A stretch of DNA of 64,000 nucleotides, from positions 712 to 64,711 of the IMG/VR virus record IMGVR_UViG_3300033075_000708. The stretch is one strand, 5' to 3'. Positions 9,784-18,839 of this stretch are shown here, piece after piece. The translations under genes were made by a program, and so were the position numbers. Within the stretch, counting starts at the first letter, position 1; every line of letters starts with the position of its first letter. The DNA comes from a virus. Taxonomy: Duplodnaviria > Caudoviricetes. The notes beneath the pieces are model-generated. The model saw only the letters and a list, made by a program, of their open reading frames with translations. It was not told the DNA's origin and did no database searches.

Positions 9784-9828
9784 GCCTGTATCGTAAGCAG
9801 GCAGATACAGGCATGACTAAACACTGCA

Positions 9829-11913
9829 TTACTTCTCGTCAGCCATCTCGCCGCGAGCGTAGATGGAACCGACAAATTCAAGCACGTCCCGAGCGGACTC
9901 CTCGTTGTAGCCGTACTGCTTGATCAGACGGTACTTGAGGGCGTCGATCTTCTCCTGAATGTCCGGCTGGACGACCGACGCACCGGCGGCACTGAGGGTG
10001 GACAGCTTGATGTGGTCCTTGGTGTCCTCAAAGAGCTTCGCCTCAAGGGCCTTCCGCAGTTCCGAGTTGCTCTTCCAAGAGAACTGCTCGCCCCTCAGGC
10101 TCAGGTCACCGATGAACGAGGAGATCATCTTGCGGAAGTCATCGATGCCGCCGGACGGCACCTCGATCTTCTCCTCGATGCTCCTCATCAGCCGCTCGTT
10201 CGGCGGCTCGTCACGGTTGGTGACCTTGTTGCGGATCTTCCGCTTGTGGACGTAGGCCATCAGGTTGTCGATGTAGTTCGCACACAGCCTGATGACGCTC
10301 TCCTCGTCGCCCACCAGGGCACGGCGGACCTCGTCCTTCACGATCTCCGTGTACTCCTTGATGACCAGATCCACCGCCGCCAGGTAGCGTCCTAGCTCCT
10401 CCTTGCGGTTGATCAGGCTGGAGCTATCGAGGCCCTCGCGGATCTCGTCCAGCACCATGAAGACGTTGACGTAGGGGTGGTGGTTAGCCAGGCAGTTGGC
10501 GAACTTGTCCTGGGCGTACCGCACCGACACGCCGTGCATGCCCTCGGTCGGGTGCTTGTCCATCAACTCCTTCACGGAGTCGGGGGTGTAGCTGGGAAGC
10601 ATCTCGCCGTTGTACAACTTGGCCTTCTGCACCAGATCGAGCTTGCCCTCCTTGTCGTCCTCCAGGCGGGTGAGGATGTTCCAGAGGGCCACCATCTCGA
10701 TTGTGTGAGGGGCGACGTGCTGGCGGACCTTGTGGGGGCCGTAGGACTGCTTCAGGACGTTGATCTCGTCCTTCCACTTCAGGAGGTACGGGATGTCGAT
10801 CTTGACCGTCCGGTCCCTCAGGGCCTCCATGTACTGGTTGTTCTTCAACCGCTCGTATTCGGGCGGGTTGGTGTGGCCGATGATGGCGATGTCCACCGGG
10901 ATCTGGCTGAACTTCTTCGGCTTGATCTGCTGTTCCTGGCTGGCTCCCAGCAGGTCGTACAGGAACGCCTCGTCCAGCTTCAGGATCTCGATGAACTCGA
11001 CCAGCCCCCGGTTAGCGACGTTCAGTTCGCCGTCATAGTTGAACGCACGCGGGTCGGAGTCCGAGCCGTAGTGTGGCAACTGCCGGTAGTTGATGTCGCC
11101 CGTCAGTTCGGTGGCGTCTTGGTTCTTCTCGTCCTTCGGCTGGAAAGTGCCGATGCCGATACGCTTGGCCTCGGAGTAGGTCCGCCGGACCACCACGATG
11201 TGGTTGTCCACGACCTTCCTCCAGTCGCCGTCGTAGCGGGCCAGAAGTTCACTCATGAACCTCTCGCAGCGGGGGTTCATCTCCCCGTCGCAGCGAAGGG
11301 TGTAGAGTTCCTTGTGTTTCTCCGGGGGCGTCTCGTCCAGAACCTTCTGGTTGATCTCGTCAAGGATGTCCTGGCGGAAGTCCAGCGGGACCAGCTTCAG
11401 CGGGTCGTCGTTCATTACACTCATGTCGGTGTCCTGAACGAACACGCCGTCAGGCCCGGTCGGCAGGTTCACCCACTTGTAGGAGAACCACATGCCGTCC
11501 TCTTCGCGGCTGTACTTCTCCATGCCCCTCTTCAGGAGCCGGCAGATCGTGGACTTCGCGGAACCCACCGGACCCTGGAGCAGCAGCACACGCTTCTCGG
11601 TGCCGTAGCCGCCGGCGGCTCCCCTAAAGAACTTGACCAGTTCGTCCAGGGCGTTCTCGATGCCGAAGATCGGGATCTTCTCGTCATCGAAGAAGTTGTA
11701 ATGGACGAGCTTCTTCCGGTACTCCTCGTACTCGTAACAGCCCTTAGACATGATCATGTCGTAGATCCGCTGGTAAGCCGTGCGGATCAGCTTGGGATTC
11801 TCGTAGATGAGGTCGAGGTACTCCCCGAAACTCATCTCACGGTGGAGTTCGTTGTACAACTGGCGGTCGAACTTGCTCGCCCACCTATCCAACTGGCTAG
11901 TTGTCTGTGCCAT
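9829..11913 (-). CDS. prkA: PrkA/YeaG family AAA+ ATPase / Ser kinase
   Basis: Walker A GPVGSAKST, FQPKDEKNQD, DGELNVANRGLVEFIE, EALRDR. Confidence 0.95.
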   Translation of the reverse strand: MAQTTSQLDRWASKFDRQLYNELHREMSFGEYLDLIYENPKLIRTAYQRIYDMIMSKGCYEYEEYRKKLVHYNFFDDEKIPIFGIENALDELVKFFRGAAGGYGTEKRVLLLQGPVGSAKSTICRLLKRGMEKYSREEDGMWFSYKWVNLPTGPDGVFVQDTDMSVMNDDPLKLVPLDFRQDILDEINQKVLDETPPEKHKELYTLRCDGEMNPRCERFMSELLARYDGDWRKVVDNHIVVVRRTYSEAKRIGIGTFQPKDEKNQDATELTGDINYRQLPHYGSDSDPRAFNYDGELNVANRGLVEFIEILKLDEAFLYDLLGASQEQQIKPKKFSQIPVDIAIIGHTNPPEYERLKNNQYMEALRDRTVKIDIPYLLKWKDEINVLKQSYGPHKVRQHVAPHTIEMVALWNILTRLEDDKEGKLDLVQKAKLYNGEMLPSYTPDSVKELMDKHPTEGMHGVSVRYAQDKFANCLANHHPYVNVFMVLDEIREGLDSSSLINRKEELGRYLAAVDLVIKEYTEIVKDEVRRALVGDEESVIRLCANYIDNLMAYVHKRKIRNKVTNRDEPPNERLMRSIEEKIEVPSGGIDDFRKMISSFIGDLSLRGEQFSWKSNSELRKALEAKLFEDTKDHIKLSTLSAAGASVVQPDIQEKIDALKYRLIKQYGYNEESARDVLEFVGSIYARGEMADEK

Positions 11914-12005
11914 CAGTCGCCCTCAAGGAAGGAATTGCCCGGTGTGTTAGGGGTCGCCCTGCCCTTCATAAGAGCTTCGCTCAGGCAAAATCGGACAACC
12001 CAATG

Positions 12006-12045
12006 AAAAAGCCCGCGACCCTCAGTCAAGAGAGTCGCGGGCTTT
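12006..12045 (-). terminator. Intrinsic terminator
   Basis: GCCCGCGAC/GTCGCGGGC stem followed by T-run on the minus strand. Confidence 0.7.
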
Positions 12046-12063
12046 CCAAATTGCACCCGGTGC

Positions 12064-12393
12064 TTACTTCACTTCCCCGAAGTACTCGCCCGAGGACAGG
12101 TCGTCAATAGCATTGTAAGGGTTAGGGTTGTCGGCTATCGCCTCGGCCCTCCGACGCTCCTCCTGGGCCTGGTTCATGTTGTACCCTGCCACATAGGTGA
12201 AGCTGTCGCCCTTGCTGGTGCCCCTGGGGTTGGTGAAGATCACTGCTGCACAGGTCGTCATCAGCCTCGTCTTCTTGGTCCCCTTGCACCGGGGGCACTC
12301 CACGTCCGGGTAGGCGTCCGTGGGGTCGATCTTCAGCACCAGTTCGTGGTAGTCGCACCCGCAGTCCTGGCACTCAAACCTGTAGTTCGGCAT
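12064..12393 (-). CDS. FmdB-family zinc-ribbon protein
   Basis: MPNYRFECQDCG...CPRCKG. Confidence 0.8.
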   Translation of the reverse strand: MPNYRFECQDCGCDYHELVLKIDPTDAYPDVECPRCKGTKKTRLMTTCAAVIFTNPRGTSKGDSFTYVAGYNMNQAQEERRRAEAIADNPNPYNAIDDLSSGEYFGEVK

Positions 12394-12394
12394 C

Positions 12395-12703
12395 TCACTC
12401 CTTATCGGATTCGTCGTCCAAGGTCACCAGACGGCGGAAGCGGGCGAAGGTCCGGTCGATCATGTTCTGCCGGGACTCCTCGCCCATGAACGCCCACCAG
12501 AAACTGCTCTGGCAGTGCTGGATGGCCTGGTCTAAGAGACGCTGGTTCATCTCCATTTCGACCAAGTCCAGTTGGATAGCGTCCATAGCCGATACCGCCG
12601 TGTAGGTGGTCTTGCCGTCGTCGTCTTCATCGTCGTCAGCGTCGAAGAAGGGGCCGAGTTCGTCCTTGAAGTCGTCGTCGTCATCCTGCGAGAAGCGGCT
12701 CAT
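12395..12703 (-). CDS. Acidic hypothetical protein
   Basis: ORF in operon packing. Confidence 0.65.
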   Translation of the reverse strand: MSRFSQDDDDDFKDELGPFFDADDDEDDDGKTTYTAVSAMDAIQLDLVEMEMNQRLLDQAIQHCQSSFWWAFMGEESRQNMIDRTFARFRRLVTLDDESDKE

Positions 12704-12706
12704 ATT

Positions 12707-13231
12707 TCACCCCCTAGAGATTGCCACAAAGAGGCTGCTTGCCTGGCCCCAGAGCCTGAGGACTTTTTCCTCGCTAACGGTTAGGTCCGGCGTGGCGAAC
12801 CGATCCGCCATGTAGAGAGGGCAGTCAGCCCTATCTAGCCACTCAGACCTCCGAAACAGACCGCATTCCGAGGCGTCCACCCAGTAATACCAGCCCTCGG
12901 ATCGTGCTTCCTTCACCAACGGACGCACACAACCCCTCATCCCCTCGACCATCTCGGGTTCGTAGGGCCTGATGAGAGCGGAGTGGCACGGCACCCGGAT
13001 TGTCGGCACCCTGTCTTGGTGTCTGGAGACGACGGTCGCCCCAGCACGCCTGGCCCACTGGTAGAGTTGCTTGTCGCCGCGTCTGCGGCCCTTGCTCAAC
13101 TCGACGCAGAAGGAGGCGTCCGGCATGTTCCTCTTCACGGAGAACCAGCAGGCGAACGCCTGCCACTCATCAAGGAAAGTGTAATCAGCCTCAGCCACCA
13201 CGGTGATACCGAGGCCCAGTTCATCGACCAT
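12707..13231 (-). CDS. Hypothetical protein
   Basis: ORF in operon packing. Confidence 0.6.
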   Translation of the reverse strand: MVDELGLGITVVAEADYTFLDEWQAFACWFSVKRNMPDASFCVELSKGRRRGDKQLYQWARRAGATVVSRHQDRVPTIRVPCHSALIRPYEPEMVEGMRGCVRPLVKEARSEGWYYWVDASECGLFRRSEWLDRADCPLYMADRFATPDLTVSEEKVLRLWGQASSLFVAISRG

Positions 13232-13248
13232 GATCTACTGGAGGGTGG

Positions 13249-13449
13249 TCAGTCGGACTTGATGTGGGCGGAACCACGCGGGGTGGGGTTTTTGTTCCCC
13301 AGCTTCTTGGAGAGGGGGGTCAGGGGGCGGACGACGGCAGACGGACCCTGGGCCTTGAAGACCGGCAGGAGGCTCACGTTAGGGTTCGGAATGACCTTCT
13401 TGACCGGCTTTAACTCCATCTCGGCCAGGAACTCGGCCCAGGTCTTCAT
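13249..13449 (-). CDS. Small protein with N-terminus MKTWAEFLAE (T4 capsid-targeting-sequence-like)
   Basis: Close to T4 CTS MKTYQEFIAE. Confidence 0.7.
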   Translation of the reverse strand: MKTWAEFLAEMELKPVKKVIPNPNVSLLPVFKAQGPSAVVRPLTPLSKKLGNKNPTPRGSAHIKSD

Positions 13450-13451
13450 TC

Positions 13452-13769
13452 TTACCGCTTCCTCATCGTCTTGACCTTCTGGACGCTCATCTTGGAGGCG
13501 TCGGCCTTCTGCTTGGCGTTCACCTGGGCCGGCCTCATGACCTCGGCGGCGGTGCCGATAGGCACGCCCTTCTGGACCGCCGTGGCGGCGATTTTCTTGG
13601 AAGCCTCCACGTCCCCCGAGGCGGCGTCGAACGGGTCCACGTTCGCAGCCTTGATCACGTTGTCCATCTGGGCCATTGCCTGGGGATCGATCCGGCCAGG
13701 GTTGCCCATGCTTGCCGTGGCGTCTTCCCTCAGACTCAACCACTCGCGGAATGACTTGAAGTTCCCCAT
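13452..13769 (-). CDS. Small protein with N-terminus MGNFKSFREWL
   Basis: ATAGATAA + 4 nt + ATG. Confidence 0.7.
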   Translation of the reverse strand: MGNFKSFREWLSLREDATASMGNPGRIDPQAMAQMDNVIKAANVDPFDAASGDVEASKKIAATAVQKGVPIGTAAEVMRPAQVNAKQKADASKMSVQKVKTMRKR

Positions 13770-13785
13770 ACCCTTATCTATCGAC

Positions 13786-14067
13786 TCAGAGCCATTTCTC
13801 CTCGCCGTCGATGGTGCAGTGCAGAACCCAGAGTCTGTCCCCGCCCATCGCCATGCAGCGGCGGTGGATCTTGATCTGACCGTCGTGGACCCGGCGGTGG
13901 CAGTTCGCACAGAGGCAGACCGTGTTCATCAGGTCGTAGGTGCCGCCCCTCTCGCCCTCAAAGATGCGGTGGCAATCGAGGACGGCGGGGTCGTCCTGCG
14001 GGCAGAAGTAGCACTTCTTATCCATCAGTTTCCTGATCTGCTGGCGGGAGTACCGTTTCTTCGCCAT
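13786..14067 (-). CDS. Small HNH endonuclease
   Basis: CYFC...DCHRI...NTVCLCANCHRRVH. Confidence 0.8.
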   Translation of the reverse strand: MAKKRYSRQQIRKLMDKKCYFCPQDDPAVLDCHRIFEGERGGTYDLMNTVCLCANCHRRVHDGQIKIHRRCMAMGGDRLWVLHCTIDGEEKWL

Positions 14068-14127
14068 CGTCGTTCTTATACTTGTGTGGAGTGGCATTAG
14101 CCGCCCCCCCAAACACAAGGAGAAGCC

Positions 14128-14448
14128 ATGCTGAGTCTCTTGAGAGGTGTCGCCTACACGCTGCTGACCCTCAGCTACATTGTGGTCGTAGCCGCAGCCG
14201 TGACCACACTGTACCCCTACGGCGAGAAGGCCGTTGACTACGTCGCCAAGGAGGTCGCCAAGCACGTCAACAAGCAGCCGGGCGGCAAGCCCGCCGTCTG
14301 CCCCTGCGGCCCGCCCACGAAGTGCCCCTGTCCGCACGGCACCTGCCCAAGCACCTGCCCTCCCAAGGAAGGCTGCGAGGACGGTTGCTGCAAGCCGGGC
14401 CTTACCAAACCGCCGACCAAGGTGTTGCCGGTCCAGCCGAACAAGTGA
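14128..14448 (+). CDS. Membrane-anchored protein with Cys/Pro-rich tail
   Basis: Hydrophobic N-terminus; CPCGPPTKCPCPHGTC...GCC; AAGGAG SD. Confidence 0.7.
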   Translation: MLSLLRGVAYTLLTLSYIVVVAAAVTTLYPYGEKAVDYVAKEVAKHVNKQPGGKPAVCPCGPPTKCPCPHGTCPSTCPPKEGCEDGCCKPGLTKPPTKVLPVQPNK

Positions 14449-14467
14449 ATGGACTGAGACTGAAACA

Positions 14468-14497
14468 GAAGAGGGGTGCCGGTCGGCACCCCCTCAG
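14468..14497. terminator. Hairpin between convergent genes
   Basis: GAGGGGTGCC / GGCACCCCCTC inverted repeat. Confidence 0.55.
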
Positions 14498-14500
14498 TCG

Positions 14501-15886
14501 TTACCCCCTGACCTTCTGGATCAGGCTCGTCGTACTCTTCTCAGCGACCAGCGGGGCGATCACCACCTCGGGGACGATCCCGAACCCCACCACCTCTTCC
14601 GGCTTGTAGTCGCCGCCCTTCACCACCACGTCCGGCCTGATCTTCTTGATCAACTCCAGAGGCGTCGTGTCATCGAAGCTGACGACGTAATCCACGCATT
14701 CTAAGGCCGCTAGGAGCTTCATACGGTCGTCCAGACTGTTCACTGGTCTGGTAGGCCCTTTGAGTTTGCGGACGCTCTCGTCGCTGTTTACGGCGACTAC
14801 AAGCCTATCCCCCTTGGACCGGGCGAACCTGAGGGACTCGACGTGGCCGGCGTGCAGGATGTCGAAGCACCCGTTCGTGAACACCAGCTTGCCTTCCCTC
14901 CTCGACAGTTCCTCCGGGGCGACGTACTTGGACTGGCTTTCAAGCTGGGCCAGGGTGACCGGCGAGTTGTGCCGCCCTTGAACGTAGATCGCACCCGTCT
15001 GGTAGGAAACCTCAGAAGCCTCCCTTACTCCCATCCCCAGGGACATCGCCACCGCCAAAGTGGCGGCGAAGCTATCGCCGGCACCGATGACGCTGTTGGC
15101 GACCACCTTGCTCTGGGGGGTGTGTTCGTGGTAGCCGCTGTCGTCGCAAATGCGGACGCCCAACTCGCCGTGGGTAATGACCACCGCCGAGCAATTCGTG
15201 ACCGCCTTCATCTCCTTGGCCTGGAGGTGCCAGTAGGGCTGGCCGGTCAGATTAGCCGCCTCGGCGGCGTTCGGCTTGATGACCTTGCAGCCAGCCCACT
15301 TGCCGATAGGCCCCTTCTTGGGGTCCACGATTGTCAGCGGGTGGTCCATCAACTTGTGCATCACGGTTGTGCCCGAGAAGACGCCCTTGTCGTAGTCGCT
15401 GAGGATGATGGCATCATAATCGCAGGCAATCCTGCCCAGGATCGCCTGCAACTCCTTCTGCTTGTCGGTGAGGATGTCCGGGTGGAGGCCGTAGTTAAGG
15501 GACTCGACATCCCACCTGTTGCCGACCTGGGTCTGGCCGTGGAAAAACCGCCTCTTCCTGGGCACGCCACCGGGCAAAATGACGGCATTGGAACAGTCGA
15601 TCCCAGCCTGGGCCATGTAAGCGAAAGCCTCATCATCGAGGAAGCCGAGGAAGTCGCAGCGGACGCCGAATGGCCTGAACTGGCAGCAGACGTTGCCCGC
15701 ACCGCCGGGCCTGACCGCCTCGGGGTGGGTGTCATCAGACACCATAACGGTGATATTCGGTGATTCGGGGCTGATTCGGCTCACCTTTACCTGATAGTAC
15801 TCGTCCAGCATGCAGTCCCCGACGACCAGCACGCGGGGCTTCTTCTGACTCTTCAGCTTGGCAAGAAAGTGGTTCACGCTCTGCAT
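14501..15886 (-). CDS. hldE: Bifunctional ADP-heptose synthase (PfkB-type kinase + adenylyltransferase)
   Basis: GDCMLDEY, RISPE, GGAGNV, SDYDKG, VIGAGDSF, TNGCFDILHAGHV, KGGDY. Confidence 0.93.
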   Translation of the reverse strand: MQSVNHFLAKLKSQKKPRVLVVGDCMLDEYYQVKVSRISPESPNITVMVSDDTHPEAVRPGGAGNVCCQFRPFGVRCDFLGFLDDEAFAYMAQAGIDCSNAVILPGGVPRKRRFFHGQTQVGNRWDVESLNYGLHPDILTDKQKELQAILGRIACDYDAIILSDYDKGVFSGTTVMHKLMDHPLTIVDPKKGPIGKWAGCKVIKPNAAEAANLTGQPYWHLQAKEMKAVTNCSAVVITHGELGVRICDDSGYHEHTPQSKVVANSVIGAGDSFAATLAVAMSLGMGVREASEVSYQTGAIYVQGRHNSPVTLAQLESQSKYVAPEELSRREGKLVFTNGCFDILHAGHVESLRFARSKGDRLVVAVNSDESVRKLKGPTRPVNSLDDRMKLLAALECVDYVVSFDDTTPLELIKKIRPDVVVKGGDYKPEEVVGFGIVPEVVIAPLVAEKSTTSLIQKVRG

Positions 15887-16025
15887 CTCGGTCCTCCTGT
15901 CTCAACAGAGCGTTTAGCACACGATCTACAAAAACGCCCGACGCAGTCGTAGTGACATGGTAAGCGAGCAGGCCGGGGTGGTCCCCGGCCTGCTCTATTG
16001 TGATCGGCACCAGCGGCGATGCCGG

Positions 16026-16610
16026 TTAAGCGGGCGACAAAGAGGTGGTGATCGGCCCCTCCAGCCAAGGCCCGCATGGCACCTTGATCGGGCCGGCGGG
16101 TTGCCAAACGGTCGTGCCCTGGGGGCGAAACGCCCAGAACTCACACTCGGGCCGACGCAGGTACATGAATCCCTCCCAGCCGTCAAGTTTTGGGAAACGG
16201 GTGTCGCCTTCGTAGGCACCGTTGACGATGGTGGCGTAGACCACCTCCACCTGATTCGTCTTCAGTGCCGCCTTGTAGATCCCCTCGCCGCCGATCACCC
16301 AGGCGTGAGGGTACTTGTGGAACGCCTCGTAGGGACACCGCATGATCTCCACGTCCTTGGCGAAGTAGGGCACGCCGCTGTCGAAGTAAGCCGGGGGCAG
16401 GTCGCTGGAGATCACCACGTTGTGCCTGAGGGGCAAGCCCTTGCGTTCGATACTGTCGAACGTCTTGCGGCCCATGATGACCGTGCCGCCCTGAGTCAGA
16501 GCTTTGAACAGGGCCATGTCCTGGCTGATCTTCCAGGGGATGCCGCCGTCCTTGCCGATCACCCGGTTCTGAGAGTGGGCGACGATCAGCTTCAGATTAC
16601 CAGTAGTCAT
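16026..16610 (-). CDS. folA: Dihydrofolate reductase
   Basis: LIVAHSQNRVIG..GGIPW, IMGRKTF, PLRHNVVIS, WVIGG, GDTRFP. Confidence 0.92.
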   Translation of the reverse strand: MTTGNLKLIVAHSQNRVIGKDGGIPWKISQDMALFKALTQGGTVIMGRKTFDSIERKGLPLRHNVVISSDLPPAYFDSGVPYFAKDVEIMRCPYEAFHKYPHAWVIGGEGIYKAALKTNQVEVVYATIVNGAYEGDTRFPKLDGWEGFMYLRRPECEFWAFRPQGTTVWQPAGPIKVPCGPWLEGPITTSLSPA

Positions 16611-16827
16611 CGTCACACCTCCCTGCGATCTTGATCGGCTCGACCTCCTCGATCTCGTAGACGATCTCCTCGCGGTCGTAGGAGTACCAGCCGGCCTTGC
16701 CGTAGGTCTGCCGGACGTAGTACTCCACGTCGGACTTCTGAGGTGCCTCAAAGTACTTTGTGAACTCGACCCTGGAGGCACCCCACTCAGGGTCGATCCG
16801 TTTCGTCACCCGGAAGAGCTTGTTCAT
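16597..16827 (-). CDS. Hypothetical protein
   Basis: ATGA overlap with thyA stop. Confidence 0.6.
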   Translation of the reverse strand: MNKLFRVTKRIDPEWGASRVEFTKYFEAPQKSDVEYYVRQTYGKAGWYSYDREEIVYEIEEVEPIKIAGRCDDDYW

Positions 16828-18749
16828 ACTGCCACTGGCACCTTGATTGCTGGTTGCGGGTTGTACTCCCTCACGACGAAGTTGTCCATCGTGTAGGACA
16901 GGATGTCATTGGCCGGGACGACTTCGACCGTGGGCGAGGGCGTCTTGGGCCGGCTCAGGTACTCCTCCACCGCCGGGATCTGGTCCTCGTAGATGTGGGA
17001 GTCCGCCGTGCTGTGGATGAACTCGTAGGGCCTCAGGCCGCTCACCTGGGCCAGCATGATCGTCAGCGTGCTGTAGAACTGGATGTTGGCCGGGACGCCC
17101 ACAGGGAAGTCGCAGCTTCTCTGGGTGAGCATGCCACTGAGCCGGTCCTCCTCGACGTACACCTGATAGGTGTAGTGGCAGTTGTGGTTGACCAAACCGT
17201 TGGCTACATAGGTGTGATCACTGTCTACCGCCAGATTGTAGACAGTGGCCTGAGGCGACAGGCACGAAGCCCTCCCCTCCACCCTCAGCCAAACCACGCC
17301 TTGATCAGGGATGTACTTAACACCCTCCCCATCCTTCTGAACCGTGTGCCTCCGAATGGCTGGCCGGCGTGCGTTCACCAGATAGGTGTCTCGCTGAGAT
17401 ACCGTCCTCCCTTGAATCACAGTGGTTTTTGGTCTGATCTGCTTGTAGACGCAGCCTTTCATCCCCACCTTCCACGCGATCTGCTGGATACCCAGAGCCA
17501 CCCTGGGGGAAACAGTGGTGTGACTGTGTCCGTTGCGGATCGGACACCCATCGGCATCAGCGTAGCCATCCAAAAACGCCTGAAGTAAATCAGCGGGTGC
17601 GTCTAATACCCAACCGGGCACACGCTTACCGTGGGCCTTGTGACCGAACGACCTCAAAAGAGGTGCCCATTTGGCACTTTCAGTCTGGTAGGTGTCCACG
17701 TTAGGCCCGCCACCCGGTTTCCTGCTCACCTTGATGACATTTCTGATCATCGGCAGGATGCGGGCCTTGTCCTCTCTGTTGATAGCGAAACACACGCGAT
17801 TGGTCTTCTCGCTGACCCAGCCATCTCCCAGGAAATAGCCGAGCATATACCATTGCTCTAGTCGGTCGAGACGAATACTCGTCCTCGGTGCGTGCTGGTT
17901 CACATAGATGTCACCCGAGAACTCAGGAACATCCGAACGACCGTTGATATGATACGCGATGTAATCGCCCACTTGGATGTCTTTTGCCTCAGTGTAACCT
18001 TTGCCCCTGACCATGAACGGATGATTAGGGGTACAGACACACGGCATCCCGTAGGTGTAAGCCACTTTGAGAGTGACCATTTCCCCCGAATACTGGGTTA
18101 CATGAACGTCACTCACCGCCCTCACGCCGACGTGCGTGTGGACAAAATCTCCCTTCTGGATTTCCTCAATCGGCACTTGTCCACCGGGGGTTGACACCAT
18201 TGTCCCCGCGACGAAACATGGCGGCAGCCTCATCTTCTTCATGTCCTTGGGGTTCCACAGGCTGAAGAGGTTCCGGCGGCTGTCCGGCTCCTCCTTCAGT
18301 AGGCGGACCATCTCCTTGAGTTGGTCGAAGCCATCCATCCCGTAGTAGCCGGTCATCCCCATCTTGTCGGCCACCTCCTTGTTGGCCTTCGTCGGGTAGT
18401 TGCCGCCGAAGTGCCTCAGTTGGAAGCCGTAGACCGGGCCGAGGTCGCCCTCCCCGAATCCGTGCTTGGCCTCAAACTCGGCGTTCACCCAGGGCGTCCA
18501 GATGTTGCTCCCCAGGGCCTGGAGATCCTTGTTGTTCGTGCTGCCACTGAGGAACCACAGTAGCTCGGCCCAGATCGCCTTGGGCCACACCTTCCGCCGG
18601 GTCAGCAGCGGGAAGCCCTTGTCGATCCGGTAGCGGGACATGATCCCGAAGATCGTCCTGGCTCGCACCCCCGTCCGGTTCGGCTTCATGAAACCGTCCT
18701 TGAGGATCTTCTCCAGGGCGGCGTCGTACTGGTCGAGAACGTATTCCAC
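16824..18749 (-). CDS. thyA: Thymidylate synthase containing an intein
   Basis: NRTG, FPLLT, ELLWFLSG, GPVYGFQLR, LPP[intein]CH, QRSCDFPVGVPANI, DSHIY; AGGAGG SD before GTG 18749. Confidence 0.95.
   Translation of the reverse strand: MEYVLDQYDAALEKILKDGFMKPNRTGVRARTIFGIMSRYRIDKGFPLLTRRKVWPKAIWAELLWFLSGSTNNKDLQALGSNIWTPWVNAEFEAKHGFGEGDLGPVYGFQLRHFGGNYPTKANKEVADKMGMTGYYGMDGFDQLKEMVRLLKEEPDSRRNLFSLWNPKDMKKMRLPPCFVAGTMVSTPGGQVPIEEIQKGDFVHTHVGVRAVSDVHVTQYSGEMVTLKVAYTYGMPCVCTPNHPFMVRGKGYTEAKDIQVGDYIAYHINGRSDVPEFSGDIYVNQHAPRTSIRLDRLEQWYMLGYFLGDGWVSEKTNRVCFAINREDKARILPMIRNVIKVSRKPGGGPNVDTYQTESAKWAPLLRSFGHKAHGKRVPGWVLDAPADLLQAFLDGYADADGCPIRNGHSHTTVSPRVALGIQQIAWKVGMKGCVYKQIRPKTTVIQGRTVSQRDTYLVNARRPAIRRHTVQKDGEGVKYIPDQGVVWLRVEGRASCLSPQATVYNLAVDSDHTYVANGLVNHNCHYTYQVYVEEDRLSGMLTQRSCDFPVGVPANIQFYSTLTIMLAQVSGLRPYEFIHSTADSHIYEDQIPAVEEYLSRPKTPSPTVEVVPANDILSYTMDNFVVREYNPQPAIKVPVAV
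17181..18218 (-). mobile_element. Intein with LAGLIDADG endonuclease in thyA (346 aa)
   Basis: Begins CFVAG, ends VNHN followed by C; LGYFLGDG and FLDGYADADG. Confidence 0.92.
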
Positions 18750-18839
18750 GGCATCCTCCTTAGGTCCAGGGTTCAGACCCTGAATAGGCAAAGAGAAGCC
18801 CGGCCAGGCACGCGGCCTGACCGGGCTGGGCGGGGCGGG

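Noticed and set aside
16824-18749. dNMP hydroxymethylase for DNA hypermodification
   Set aside because: Keeps the dUMP-specifying Asn (VPANI) and has DHFR next to it, as for a canonical thymidylate synthase
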